Shown: piece by piece, positions 22,400 to 35,839 of the stretch
Layout of the letters: the number at the start of each line of letters is the position of its first letter
Position numbering within the stretch: the first letter of the stretch is position 1
Source: Hemiscyllium ocellatum
Lineage: Eukaryota
Direction: 5' to 3'
NCBI RefSeq assembly: GCF_020745735.1
Contig: NC_083409.1
Coordinates: 15,595,873-15,659,872, forward strand
DNA: 64,000 nt
The notes under the pieces: generated by a model
Told to the model about the DNA's origin: nothing
What the model saw: the letters and a program-made list of their open reading frames with translations, nothing else
Database searches by the model: none
Made by a program: the position numbers and the translations under genes

Positions 22400-23800
22400 A
22401 CAGAATGTAAGATAATCTCAAAGGCAAGATAGGATTTTGTCTCCACACAGACTGTGCGATGGTCACTCTTACTGATACTGTTATGGACAGATACACCAGC
22501 AGCAGGCAGCTTGGTGAGGGTGATAGTGAGTATGTTTTTCCCTCTTGTTGGTTCCCTCACCAACTGCCCCAGGTCCAGTCGAGCAGCTGAATCAGGTGGA
22601 GCGTGACCAGTTTGCTCAGTAGTGATGCTTCTGAGCAGCTCTTGATGGTGGGCTTTGAAGTCCCTTACTCAGGATATATCCTGCATCATTCCCTCCTTCA
22701 GTGCTCCCACCAAGTGTTGTTCAACATGGAGGAGGACTGACTGCTCAGTTGAGGTTGGAGCGGAGGGCGGTGCTATGTGGTAATCAGCAGGAGGTTTCCT
22801 TCCCCATGTTTGACCTGCTGTCATGAGGCTTCATGGGTTCCATAGTTAATGGTGAGGACTCTCAGGGCAACTCCCTTCCGACTGTACACACCACTGTGTT
22901 GCCTCTCCTGCTTGGTCTATCCTGCCAGTTATAAACTGAATGAGGGATCAATTCTGTGCAGGTTTCACAGCTTGGAGACAGAGCTGCTGCTGGATTCTGT
23001 TTCTGATCTCCGAGTGCAGGCGTGTGTGTTTGTGAGAGAATGACTGACACCTTTTCCAAAACTGTGCTGTTTCTGCAAAAAAATAAATCCTAGAACCAGC
23101 CTCCTGTGCTGTCAGATTCCAGGGAGTGCAGGTGGTTCACAGTTTTCTCCCGTCTCAGTAACAAACACCCAGCTGCTCCGAGCTCCTTCTTTCACTTCCT
23201 CTTTTTTGTGAAGTTTCAACCTTGCGATCTGACAGTCTTTGCAGTTATTTTTTACACTGGGGCTTTCTGCTGTGGTCAGAATCTCTAATAATAAGTGTCC
23301 GATCAGTGACAATCACAGCAGCTAAGAGCAGTCAGGACTGAGGAGCCAAGCTCATTGTGAAACATATTGGGAAGATCAAAGCCATCCTCTTCAGATCCTG
23401 GTATACGCTCCATCCCTCTCCCTGAGCACTATCTGCTGCTCAACTAGACTCTTTACAAACTGGGTCTCATGTTTGAGAATGATCTCAGCCCCATATCTTT
23501 CATATCACAAAGATCAGCCACTGAAAATCTCAGCCATGTTTATGGGGCTCCAAACATGACCATTCCAATGGCTGATGCACATCACAGCCACTGCCCTCTG
23601 TATCCTTCACCTCATCCAAAATTCTGCAGCCCGTATCCGAGCTTGCACCAAGCCCCGTTCCCACAACCCCTGCACCCCGTGCCTATATTGGCTCCTGGTC
23701 GAGCAACACCTCGATTTTCAAATTCTCATCCTTGTTCTCAAATCCCTCTCTGCCCTCCACTCTCCCTATCTCTGTAACCTCCTCCAAGCTGCCTCACTCC
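22400..23800. mobile_element. L2/CR1-type LINE fragments
   Basis: Minus-strand EN piece (VREPTRGKNIL...SDHRTV) and plus-strand L2 3' piece (LIQNSAARI...LYWLLVEQHLDFQILILVLKSL). Confidence 0.65.
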
Positions 23801-25469
23801 GTGTGGTCAGCAATCTTGGATAATTGGCTCTCTATTCCTTCATCCAAGTCATTGAGAAATATCGTGAAATACTGAGGCCCCTGCACAAATCCCTGGGGAC
23901 ACCACTATTCACATCTTGTTCATTGGAGAGCACACACGTTATCCCTCTTCTCTGTCTCCTACCTCCAAACTAATTCCGAACCAAAGACAAATACTTTTCT
24001 ATCACTGTCTTGATGATAGGAAGCAGAGGGTGATATTGGAAGGATGCTTGTCAGACTGGAGGCCTGTGTTGAGTGGAGTGCCTCAGGGCTCAGTGCTGGC
24101 CCCATTACTGTTTGTTATCAATATTAATGATTTGGATGAGAATCTGTAAGGCATGATTAGTAAGTTTGATGTGCAGGTCAGGTGAATTGGCCATGTTAAA
24201 TTGGCCATAGTCTGAGGTACATTAGTCAGAGGAAATGGGTCTAGGTGGGTTACTCTTCAGAGGGTCGGTGTGGATTGGTTGGGCCGAAGATCTGTTTCCA
24301 CACTGTAGGGAATCTAATCTCTCATCTTGTACAGGATGTCAGTGAGGTCACACTTGGAATATTGTATTCAGTTTGGACATCTTGTTACAGGAAGGATATT
24401 ACTAAACCAGAAAGAGTACTCAAGAAATTTACAAGGATGTTGCCTGGACTCAACAATCTGATTATAGGGAGAGTTTAGGCAAGTTAGGACTTATTTCATG
24501 GAACACAGGAGACTGGTGGGGGAACTTTTAGAAGTGTATAAGATCATGAGAGACATGGATAGGGTTGGGGAATCGAGGATGAGAGGGCATCAGTTTAGTG
24601 TTAGAGAGGAATGAATAAAAGGGAACCTGAGGGGCAACATTTTTACACAGAGGGTGGCACGCACGTGGAATGAGATGCCAGCTGAAGTGATTGAGGTGGC
24701 TACATTAACAACATTTAAAAGACATTTGGACAAATAGATAGATAGGGAAACATTTGAAGGATATGGGACAAGTGCAGGGAAATGGGGTTAGCATGGATGG
24801 ACATTTTGGTCAGCATGGCCCAGTGTGGACCAAAGGGCCTGTCTCTGTGCTGTAGGACTCGATGGCTCTAAGACTCTATAATTCCATATGTTTCCATGTT
24901 TATGAACAATCTCTCAAACATAGAAACAGAGGAACTAGGAGCAAGAGGAAGCCATTCAGCCCTTCAAGTTGGCTCTGCCATTCAATCTGACCATGGCTGA
25001 TCATCCAATTTAGTTCCCGCTCCCATTTTATCTCCATAGACTTTAACCCCTTTAGTCCTAAGAATATACTTATCCTCTCTTGAAAATATTGAATGTTTTG
25101 GGCTCAACTGCTTTCTGTGACAGAATATCCCACTAGCTTCCCAGTCTCGGGCTAAAGAAATGTCTCCTCAGCTCAGTCTGAAATAACATTTCTCTTTTCT
25201 TTAAACTATAACTCGTAGTTCTGGAATCTCCAGTCATCAGGAACATCCTCCCTGTGTTGTTCTGGTCTTGTCCTGTTCGGATTTTCAAGGTTTCAATGTG
25301 ATTCCTCTCAATCTTCTAAGCGCCAATGAATATAATCCTAACTGATCCAGTTCCTCATCAGATCTAAGTGCTGTCCTCCCAGCAATCAGTCTGGTAAACC
25401 TTCGCTGCCCTCCCTCCACAGCCAGAACATCCTTCCTCAGATAAGGAAACCAAAACTGCACACAACAGA

Positions 25470-28400
25470 ATCATAAAATCACACAGAGGAGGCCCTTCAG
25501 CCCATTAACTGTGTACCAGCCAAACTACACTAAACCTATACCAGTCCCACTTTCCAACATGAGGCCCACAGCTTGAATGTTATGACATTTCAACTGCTCA
25601 CCCAAGTACATTTTAAAGTTTGTGAGGTTTCCCACCTCAACTCCCCTCCCAGGCTGTGCATTCCAGATGCACACCATCCTCTGGATGAAAAACATTTTCC
25701 TCAAAACATCTTGAAACCTCCAATCTTTCACACTGAATGTGAGCCAACTTGTTATTGACCCTCCCATGAAGGAGAACAGCTGCTTTCTCTCCACCCTGTC
25801 CATTCCCCTCATAACCTTATACACCTCTACCAGGTCCCCCCTCCACCTTCTCTGCTCTGAAGAAAACAACCCGAGCTGATCGAATTTCTCTTCATCACTG
25901 AGAGGTTCCATCCCACACAACATCCTGGTGATTCCCCTCTGCACCCCATCCAGTGCAATCACATCCTTCCTACAGTGTGGTGACCTGAACTGCACACAGT
26001 ACTCCAGCTGTGGCCTCACCAATGTTCTGCTTAACTGCACCATATCCTCCTGTTTTTACAACCAATACCTGACATAACAAAGGCAGGTGTCCCCTGTGCC
26101 TTCATAACTGCTCTGTTAACCTGTCTTGCCATATTCAGGGATCAGTGGAGAAGCACCCAAGATCACTCTGTTCCTTTGAACTTCCTCAGTTCAAAGAACA
26201 AAGAACAATGAAAATTACAGCACAAGAACTGGCCCTTCGGCCCTACTAGCCTGCACTGGTCCATATCCTCCATCTAAACCTGTCATCAATTTTCCAATGG
26301 TCTGTCTCCCTTTGCTCTGTGCCCATCCATGTATCTATCTAGATATATCTTAAATGATGCTATTGTGCCTGCCTCTACCACCTCCACTGGCAACGTGTTC
26401 CAGGACCAATCACTCTCTGTGTGAAGAACTTTCCATACATATCTCCCTTAAATGTTTCCACTCTCACTTTGAACTCATGACCCAGAGTAATTGAGTCCCC
26501 CACTCTGGGAAAATGTTTCTTGCTATTCACCCTTTCTACACCTCTCATGATTTTGTAGACATCAATCAGGTCCCCCCTCAATGTTTGACTTTCTAATGAA
26601 AATAATCCTATACTACTCAACCTCTCTTCATAGCTAGCACCCTCCATCCCAGGCAATCCTGGTGAACCTCCTCTGCACACTCTACAAAGCATCTACATCC
26701 TTCTGTAAATGTGGCAACCAGAACTGTGGGCAGTATTCCAAATGTGGCCAAGCCAAAATCTGATATAATTCTAACAGGACTTGCCAACTCTTGTACTGAA
26801 TACCACGTTAATGAAGGAAAGTATGCCATATGTCTTCTTGACCACTCTATCAACCTGTGTTGCCACCTCCAGAGTACAATGGGCCTGAACACCCAGGTCT
26901 CTCTTGCCATCAATTTTCCCAGGGTGTTCCATTCACCGTACAGTTTACTCCAGATTTGGATCTTCCTAAATTCATCAGATCACATTTGCTCGGATTGAAC
27001 TCCATCCGTCGTTTCTCTGCCCAACTCTCCAATCTGTCTATATTCTGCTACATTCTCTGACAGTCCCCTTCACTATCTGCTACTCCACCAATATTAATGT
27101 CATCTGCAAACTTGTTAATCAGATCACCTATACCTTCCTCCAGATCATTTATGTCTTTCCAAAACAAGAGCGGTACCAGCACGGATTCCTGTTCTCCATT
27201 TTGAGAAACTCCTTCCACTACTACTCTCTGTCTCCTGTTGCCCAGCCTGTTCTCTATCCATCTAGTGAGTACACTCTGGACCCCATGCGACTTTAATTTC
27301 TTTATCAGGCTGCCATGGGGAACTTTATCAAACGCATTCCTCAAATTCATGTGTATGACATCCACAGCCCTTCCCTCATCAATCAATTCATCACTTCTTC
27401 AAAAACTTCTATAAAGTTGGTAAGACATGACATTCCCTGCACAACTTCATGCTGCCCATAACTGATAAGTCAATTTTCTTCCAAATGTAAATAGATCTTA
27501 CCCCTCAGTATCTTCTTCAGCAGCTTCCCTACCACTACATCAGGCTCACTGGTTGATAGTTACCTGGATTATACTGGCTACCCTTCTTAACCATGAGCAA
27601 TTCTCCAGTCCTCTGGGACCTCATCCATGTTCAAGGTTGCTACGAAGATATCTGTTAAGGACCCAACTATTTCCCCTCTCGTTTCCCTCAGTAAGCTAGG
27701 GTCTATCCCATCCCAACCTGGGGACTTGTCCACCTTGATGCCTTTTAAAATACCCAACACTTCCTCCCTCCTTAAACTGACTTGACTCTGAGTAATCAAA
27801 CATCTATCCCCAACTTCAACAACTGTCATTTCCCTCTCCTTGGTGAATACCGACGTAAAGCACTCATTAAGAATCTCATCAATTTTCTCCGACTCCACAC
27901 ATAACATTCCTCCTTTGTCCTTGAGTGGGCCAACCCTTTCTCTAGTCATCCATTAACTCCTTATGTATGAATAAAAGGCTTTGGGATTTTCCTTAATCCT
28001 GTTTGTTAATGATTTCGTGACCCCTTTTAGCCCTTCTAATTCCTCACTTCAGATTGGTCCTACTTTCCCGATATTCTTCCAAAGCTTTGCCTGTTTTCAG
28101 CCACCTAGACCTTATGTATGCATCCTTTTTCCTCTTAGCTAGTTTCAATTTCATCTGTCATCCAGAGTTCCCTAATTCTGCCATTTCAATCCTTTATTTT
28201 CACAGGGACATATCTGTCCTGACTCTAGTCAACCTTTCTTTAAAAGCCTCCCACATATCAAATGTGGATTTCCCTTTAAACAGCTGCTCCCAATCCACAT
28301 TCCCCAGCTCCTGCCAAATTTTGCTATTGTTGGCATTCCTCCACTTTCACCCTCTTCGTTTAAAACCACTCTCGTCTTTGTCCATGAGCATTCTAAAACT

Positions 28401-29720
28401 TACAGAATTGTGGTCACTGTTACCAAAATAATCCCCTACTGAAATTTCAACCACCTGGCCAGGCTCATTCCCCAACACCAGGTCCGGTATGGCCCCTTCC
28501 TGAGTTAGACTATTTCCACATCACTCTGTAAAATCCTCCTGGATGCTCCTTACAAATTCTGCTCCATCTTAACCTCGAACATTAAGTGAATCCCAGTCAA
28601 TGTTGGGTTAATTAAAATCTCCATTGCCACCACCTTGTTACTCCTATATCTTTCCATTATCTGTTTACATATTTGTACCTCTATCTCCCATTCACTGTTA
28701 GGAGGCTTGTAGGATAGCACCAACATTGTTACTGCACCCTTCCTGTTTCTGAGCTCTGCCCAAATTGCCCCACTGCTCGAGTCCTCCATAGTGCCCTCCT
28801 TCAGCACACCTGTGATATCCTCTCTGACCTGTAATGCAACTCCTCCATCCCTTTTACCTCCCTCTCGAACCCATCTGATACATCTGTATCCTGGGATATT
28901 TAGTTGCCAATCTTGCCCTTCCCTCAACCAAGTCTCAGTAATAGGAATAACATCATACTCCCAGATACTAATCCAAGCCCTAAATTCCTCTGCCTTACCT
29001 ACTATACTTCTCACATTAAAACAAATGCACCTCAGACCATCTGTCCCTTTGCGTTCAACATCTGTTCCCTACCTACTCTTAACCTAAGTCACGCTGACTT
29101 CAATATCTAGGTTCTGACAGGCTTTAGTTACTCCCTCCTTATTTCCCACTAACTTCCTCATTTGGTTCCCATCCCTCTACACTATTTTGAACCCACCCCA
29201 AGAGTGTGATCAAACACATCCCACAGGACACTGGTTCCAGTCCTGCCCAGGTGTAGACGGCTCGATTTGTAATTGTCCCACCTCCCCAGGAACCAGTCCC
29301 AATGTCCCAAAAATCTGAACCCCTCCCTCCTGCACCATCTCTCAAGCCACGCATTCATCCTGCCTATATTTTCATTTCGACCCTGACTAGCACATGGCAC
29401 TGGGAGCAATCCTGAGATTACTACCTCTGAGATCCTACATTTTAATATGGTTCCTCACTCCCTAAATTCTTCTTGTCGGACCTCATTCCATTTATTACCA
29501 ATATCATCGGTGCCTTCATGCACCATCACAGCTAGCTGTTCACCTCCCCCTTCAGAATTTGCTGCAGCCGATCTGAGACATCCCTGACCCGTACAACTGG
29601 GAGGCAACATGCTATTCGTGAGTCTTGTTTTTGACCACAGAACCACCGATCTACTCCCCTTACACAGTCCAAACAAACCATATCCACGGCCCCCCCCCCT
29701 TATCAAATCTACTCACTACA
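25470..29720 (-). mobile_element. Decayed CR1 LINEs, including a near-full-length copy (ORF1 esterase, EN, RT)
   Basis: Minus ORFs 29455..29706 and 29182..29409 (esterase), 28550..29014 (EN, ITETWL), 27048..27386 (RT, NAFDKVPH) and 25525..26043 (3' end). Confidence 0.85.
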
Positions 29721-30549
29721 TCCTCAAACAATTCCAGTCGATTTTTTAAGCATGGTTTCCCTTTCGACAATTCATGCCGACTCTGTCCAGTTCTGCCACT
29801 GTTTTCAAAGTGCTAAGCCATAAAATATTTTATAATGAACTTGAGCATTTTCTCCACTGCTGACTTCTGGCTAATTGGTCTAAAATTTCTTATTTTCCCT
29901 CTCTCTCTCTCTTTTTCAATAGACGTGTTAAATTAACTCCCTCCATTTTGTAGGACTTATTCTACAGTCAACAAACAGATAACCATCAATGTTTCTCATA
30001 TTTTGTAACCACTTCCTGAAGCACTCCTGAAAATAGATTATTTGGCCCTGCTGATATAAGACACTCTAATTTTCCCAGAACTATTTTCTTCCAATAACTG
30101 ATTTCCTTCAGCTCCTTCCTCTGATAAAACTCCAAGTTCACCAACATGTCTGAGGTTTATTTGAGAATTCATTTGTGCAGAAAGATCCAGAATATGTTTA
30201 TCTGTCATCTCTTTGTTCCAACTATAACATTATAACACTTGTGTGGAACTTCCTTGAATGTCAACTGGACGTCCATATAAACAACACATTCCCTTATCTC
30301 ACACATTAGTGACCTCGTTAAAACATGTAACCAGTTAAAGATGTCTGACCCTTTTAAATCCATGCTGACTTAGTCTGATCTGTTCACATTTGTCAGACAT
30401 TCTGTCTCTAAACCAGATTCAATTACTTCCCCACAATAGACATTCAATGGAGATAAAAACAATGACTGCAGATGTTGGAAACCAGATTCTGGGTGAGTGG
30501 TGCTGGAAGAGCACAGCAGTTCAGGCGGCATCCGAGGAGCAGGGAAATC

Positions 30550-30577
30550 GACGTTTCGGGCTAAAGCCCTTCATCAG
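30550..30577 (-). ncRNA. Minimal type I hammerhead ribozyme core
   Basis: CTGATGA AGGGC TTTA GCCC GAAAC GTC: intact catalytic boxes, stem II and a palindromic ACGT stem III. Confidence 0.7.
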
Positions 30578-30902
30578 GAATAAAGGCAGTGAGCCTGAAG
30601 CGTGGAGAGATAAGCTAGAGGAGGGTGGGAGTGGGGAGAAAGTAGCATAGAGTACAAGCAAATGTGGCTGTGGGAGCGAGTTTGTTTCACGACATGGTTG
30701 AAGAGCTTCTCTCTACACGAATCTCAGGGAGTCCCTTTCCCATTGCAACTCCAGGTCATTTCGTCTGCCCTGAAGCTCTTCAAACATGTCATGAAACAAA
30801 CTCGCTACCACAGCCACATTTGCTTGTACTCTATGCTACTTTCTCCCACCCCCACCCTCCTCTAGCTTATCTCTCCACGCTTCAGGCTCACTGCCTTTAT
30901 TC

Positions 30903-30930
30903 CTGATGAAGGGCTTATGCCCGAAACGTC
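30903..30930 (+). ncRNA. Minimal type I hammerhead ribozyme core
   Basis: CTGATGA AGGGC TTAT GCCC GAAAC GTC. Confidence 0.7.
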
Positions 30931-31069
30931 GATTTCGCTGCTCATCGGATGCTGGCTGAATGGCTGTGCTCTTCCAGCACCACTAATCCAGAATTCAATG
31001 GAGATGTTCATTGTGAGTGAGGTTAGTAAACAGCTAGTACTGACACAAGGAGCTGAACAGCCTCCTCCT

Positions 31070-34000
31070 AGAGTCATAGAGTCATAGAGATGCACAGCAT
31101 GGAAACAGACCCTTCGGTCCAACTTGTCCATGCCGACCAGACATCCCAACCCAATCTAGTCCCACCTGCCAACACCTGGCCCAGATCCCTCCAAACCCTT
31201 CCTATTCATATACCCATCCAGATGCCTTTTAAATGTTGCAATTTTACCAGCATCTACCACTTCCTCTGGCAGCCCCATTCTACACTCACACCACCCTGTG
31301 CGTGAAAAAGTTGCTCCTCAATTCTCTTTTATATCTTTCCTCTCTTACCCTAAACCCATGCCCTCTCTTACTGGACTCCACCACCCCAGGGAAAAGACTT
31401 GGTCTCTTTGCCCTATCCACGTCCCTCAAGATTTTGTAAACCTCTGTAAGGTCACCCCTCACTCAAGGGAAAACATCCCTAGCCTATTTAACCTCTCTGT
31501 ATAGCTTCAATCCTCCCATCCTGGTAACATCCTTGTAAATCTTTTCTGAACCTTTTCCAGTTTCACAACATCTTTCCGATAGGAAGGAGACCAGAATTGA
31601 ACACAATACTCCAAAAGTGGTTTAGGAGACCTCCCAACACCCATACTCAATTCTCTAACCAATAAAGGAAAGCATACCAAATGTCTTCTTCATTATCCTA
31701 CCTACCTATGACTCTACATTCAAGGAACTATGAACATGCACTCCAAGGTGTCTTTGTTCAGCAACACTCCCGAGAACCTGACCAATAAGTGTATAAGTCC
31801 TGCTAAGATTTGCTTTGCTAACTGCAGCACCTTGCATTTATCTGAATTAAACTCCACCTGCCATTCCTCAGCCCATTGGCCGATCGGTTCAAGATCCTGG
31901 TGTAATCTGAGGTAACCTTCTTCGCTGTCCACTACACCTCCAATTTTGGTGTCATTTGCAAACTTACTAACTCTACCTCCTATGTTCACATCCAAATCAT
32001 TTATGTAAATGACAAAAAGTAGTTGCCCCAGCACCAATCCTTATGACACTCCACTGGTCACAGACCTCCAGTCTGAAAAACAACCCTCCACCACCACCCT
32101 CTGTCTTCTACCTTTGAGCCAGTTCTGTATCCAAATGGCTAGTTCTAACTGTATTCCATGAGATCTAACCTTGCTAACCAATCTTCCATGGGGAACCTTG
32201 TCGAATGTTTTACTGAAGTCCATACAGATCCAGTCTAACGCTCTGCCCTCATCAATTCTTTCTGTTACTTCTTCAAAAAACTCAATCAAGTTTGTGAGAC
32301 ATGATTTCCCATGCACAAAACCATGCTGACTATCCCTAATCTGTCTTTGCCTTTCCAAATATATGGACAATCTGTCCGTCAGGATTCCTTCCAATAACTT
32401 CCTCACAATCGACGTCTGGCTGACTGGTCTACAGTTCCCTGGCTTGTCCTTACCACCTTTCTTAAATAGTGGCACCAATTAGTGAACCTCCAGTCTTCTG
32501 GCACATCATCTGTGACTATTGAGGATACAAATACCACAGTAAGAGGCCCAGCAATCACTTCCCTTGCTTCCCACAGAGTTCTAGTGTTCACCTAATTAGG
32601 TCCTAGGGATTTATCCACTTTTATGCATTTCAAAGACATCTGGCACCTCCTCATCCGTAATATGAACATTTTTCAAGATATCACCATCTATTTCCCTACA
32701 TTCTATATCTTCAATATCCTTCTCCACAGTTAAAGTGAAGCAAAATACTCATTTGGTATCTGCCCCATCTCCTGCGGTTCCACACAAAGGTCGCCTTGCT
32801 GATCTTTGAGGGCACCTATTCTCTCCTTAGTTACCCTCTTGTCCTTAATGTATTCATAAAACCCCTCTGGATTCTCCTTAACCCTGTTTGCCAAAGCTAT
32901 CTCATGTCGTTGACCTCCTGATTTCCATCTTAAGTATACTCCTACTGCCTTTGTATCCATCTAAGGATTCACTCAATCTATCCTGTTTATATCTGGCATA
33001 TGCTTCATCCTTTTTCTCAACCAAACCCTCAACTTCTCTCATCATCCAATATTCCCTACACCTACCAGCCTTTCCTTTCACCGTAACTAGAATATACTAT
33101 CTCTGGGCTCAAGTTATCTAATTTCTGAAGGCTTCCCATTTTCCAGCTGTCCCTTTACCTGTGAACAACTGCCCCCAATCAGCTTTTCAGAGTTCTTGCC
33201 TAATACTGGCAAAATTAGCCTTCCTCCAATTTAGAACTTCAACTTCTGGATCTGGTCTATCCTTTACCATCACTATTTTAAAGTGAATAGAATTATGGTC
33301 GCTGACCAAAAGTGCTCCTCCACTGACACCTCAGTCACCTGCCCTGCCTTATTTCCAAGAGTAGGTCGAGCCTTGCACCTTCTCTAGTAGGTACATCCAC
33401 ATACTGAATCAGAAAATTGTCTTGTACACACTTAACAAATTCCTTTCCATCTAAACCCTTAACACTATGGCAGTCCCATTCTATGTTTGGAAATTTAAAA
33501 TCCCCTACCATAACCACCCCATTAATCTTACTGATAACTAAAATCGCCTAACAAATTTGTTTCTCAATTTCCCGCTTACTACTGGAGGGGGGCTATAATA
33601 TAATCCCAACAAGGTGATCATCCCCTTCTTCTTTCTCAGTTCCATTCAAATAACTTCCCTGGGTGTATTTCTGGGAATATCCTCCCTAAGTACAGCTGTA
33701 ATGCTATCCCTTATCAAAAATGCCACTCTCCCTCCTCTTGTGCCTCCCTTTCTGTCCTTCCTGTAGCATTTGTATCCTAGAACATTAAACGGCCAGTCCT
33801 GCCCATCCCTGAGCCATGTTTCTGTAATTGCTATGATATCCCAGTCCCATGTTCCTAACCACGCCCTATGTTCATCTTCCTTCCCTGTTAGGCCTCTTGC
33901 ACTGAAATAAATGCAGTTTAATTTATCAGTCTTACCTTGTTCTCTGCTTTGTCCCCGCCTGCCCTGACTGTTTGACTTGCCTTTGTTCTCAACTGTACTA

Positions 34001-34366
34001 ATCTCAGGTTGAAATCTTTCCTCACTATCTCCCTGGGTCCCACCCGCCCACCTTACTAGTGTAAATTCTCCTGAGCAGCTCCAGCAAATCTCCCTGCCAG
34101 TATATTAGTTCCCTTCCAATTTAGGTGCAATCTGTCCTTCTTGTACAGGTCACTTCTACCTCAAAACAGCTTCCAAAGATCCAGAAATGTGAATCCTTCT
34201 CCCATACACCAGCTCCTCAGCCATGCATTAATCTGCTTTATCCTCCTATTCCTGCTCTCACTAGCTCATAGCACCAGGAATAATTCAGATATTCCTACTT
34301 TTGAGGACCTCCTTTTAAAATTCCTGCCTAACTCTGCAATCTCCCTTCAGAATCTCAACCTTTTCC
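31070..34366 (-). mobile_element. Decayed near-full-length CR1 LINE
   Basis: (AGAGTCAT)n tail at ~31070. RT ORFs 32041..32478 (SQHGFVHGKSCLTNL, DFSKTFDKVPH) and 31720..32037 (FANDTK), with an EN piece at 33335..33517. Confidence 0.88.
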
Positions 34367-35839
34367 AGCAACACATTTTTCAGCTCTGATCTCCAGCATC
34401 TGCAGTCCTCACTTTCTCCTAGTTTATCTCAAGAGGGTTGGAATGTAAAATGAGATGTGCTACTGAGACTTTAATAAGCTCTGGTTAGGCCCCATTTAGT
34501 CCAGTTTTGGGCTCCACACCTCAGGAATGACATATTGACACTGGACTGTGTCCAGTGGAGATTCACATGAATGATCCCTGGAATGGTAAGCTATATGATG
34601 AATGGCTGAGGATCCTGGGATTGTATTCATTCGACTTTAGAAGGGGAGAGCTAATAGAAACTTACAAGATAATGCATGGCTTTGAAAGGTGGATGCTGGG
34701 AAATTATTTCCATTAGGTGGGGGTACTAGGACCCGTGGGCACAGCCTTAGAGTTAGAATGGGTCAGTTTAAAACAGAACTGAGGAGACATTTCTTCAGCT
34801 AGAGAGTGATGGGCCTTTGGAATTCATTGCCACAGAGCGCAGTGGTGGCTGAAATATTAAATGTCTTCAAGGCAGAGATTGATAAATTCTTAATCTTGGA
34901 CAGAATTAAGGGCTACAGGGGGAGTGTGGGTAACTGTCGTTAAATGCCCATCACCCATGATTGAATGGCGGAGTGGACTCGATGGACCAAATGGCCTTAC
35001 TTCCACTCCTTTGTCTTATGGTCTTATGTGGAGCTGAGTCCATGAAAAGATCAGCCATGACCTTATTGAATGGCAGAGCAGGGTTGAAGGGCCAGATGGC
35101 CTACTCCTGCTCCTAGTTCTTATGTTCTTATGTTCCTTGGGAGTACTGAGGAACGAAGGGACCTTGGTGTACAAGTCCATCAATCCCAGAAGGTATCAGC
35201 GCAGCTAGACAGGGTGGTGAAGAAGGCATATGGGATGATTGCCAACATTAGCCAGGGTGTAGAATATAGGAAGTAGAAATTCTTGTTGTTACCTGACAGA
35301 GCACTGGTTAGGTCATGTCTGGAATACTGTGCACATTTCTGGTCGTGACACTGTTGGAAGAACATGACTGAACTGGAGAGGATGCAGAGGAGATTAACCA
35401 GAATGTTCCCTGGGATGGAAAATGTTAGTTCTGAGGAGAGATTGGATAGACTGGGTTTGTTTTCTCTGGGGGGAATCTGGTTGAGGTATACAAAAATATG
35501 AAAGGCATAGACAAACTCAATTGTGAGAATCTTTTCCCTATGTCAGACATGTCTATGACCAGAGGGAATAAGCTTACCCTGTGAAAAAGTGGTTTAGATG
35601 GGTTTTGAGGACTTTTTTTCCCCAGAGGGTGGTAGAAATATGGAATGTGCTATTTGAGAAGGTGGTAAAGGCAGGTCCTCTCACAACATTTAAGAAACAT
35701 CCAGATGAGCACATAAAATGCCAGGGCATGGAAGGCTATGTACCAAATGCAGGTAAATGGAGCTTGGTGATTACTGATTGGCATCGACATGTCGACAAAC
35801 AGAAGGGCCTATTTATTTGCTGTATGACTCTATGTCAAT

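Larger units (their letters stand above)
30455..30992. mobile_element. Palindromic Penelope-derived insertion with 13-bp TSD
   Basis: Inverted arms ~30486-30709 and ~30772-30994 with a 62-nt loop. TSD ATTCAATGGAGAT at 30442-54 and 30993-31005. Confidence 0.88.

Noticed and set aside
24000-35800. Host protein-coding genes among the 60-170-aa ORFs
   Set aside because: All recognisable ones are CR1/L2 ORF1, EN or RT fragments or their antisense frames, with no coherent exon structure.
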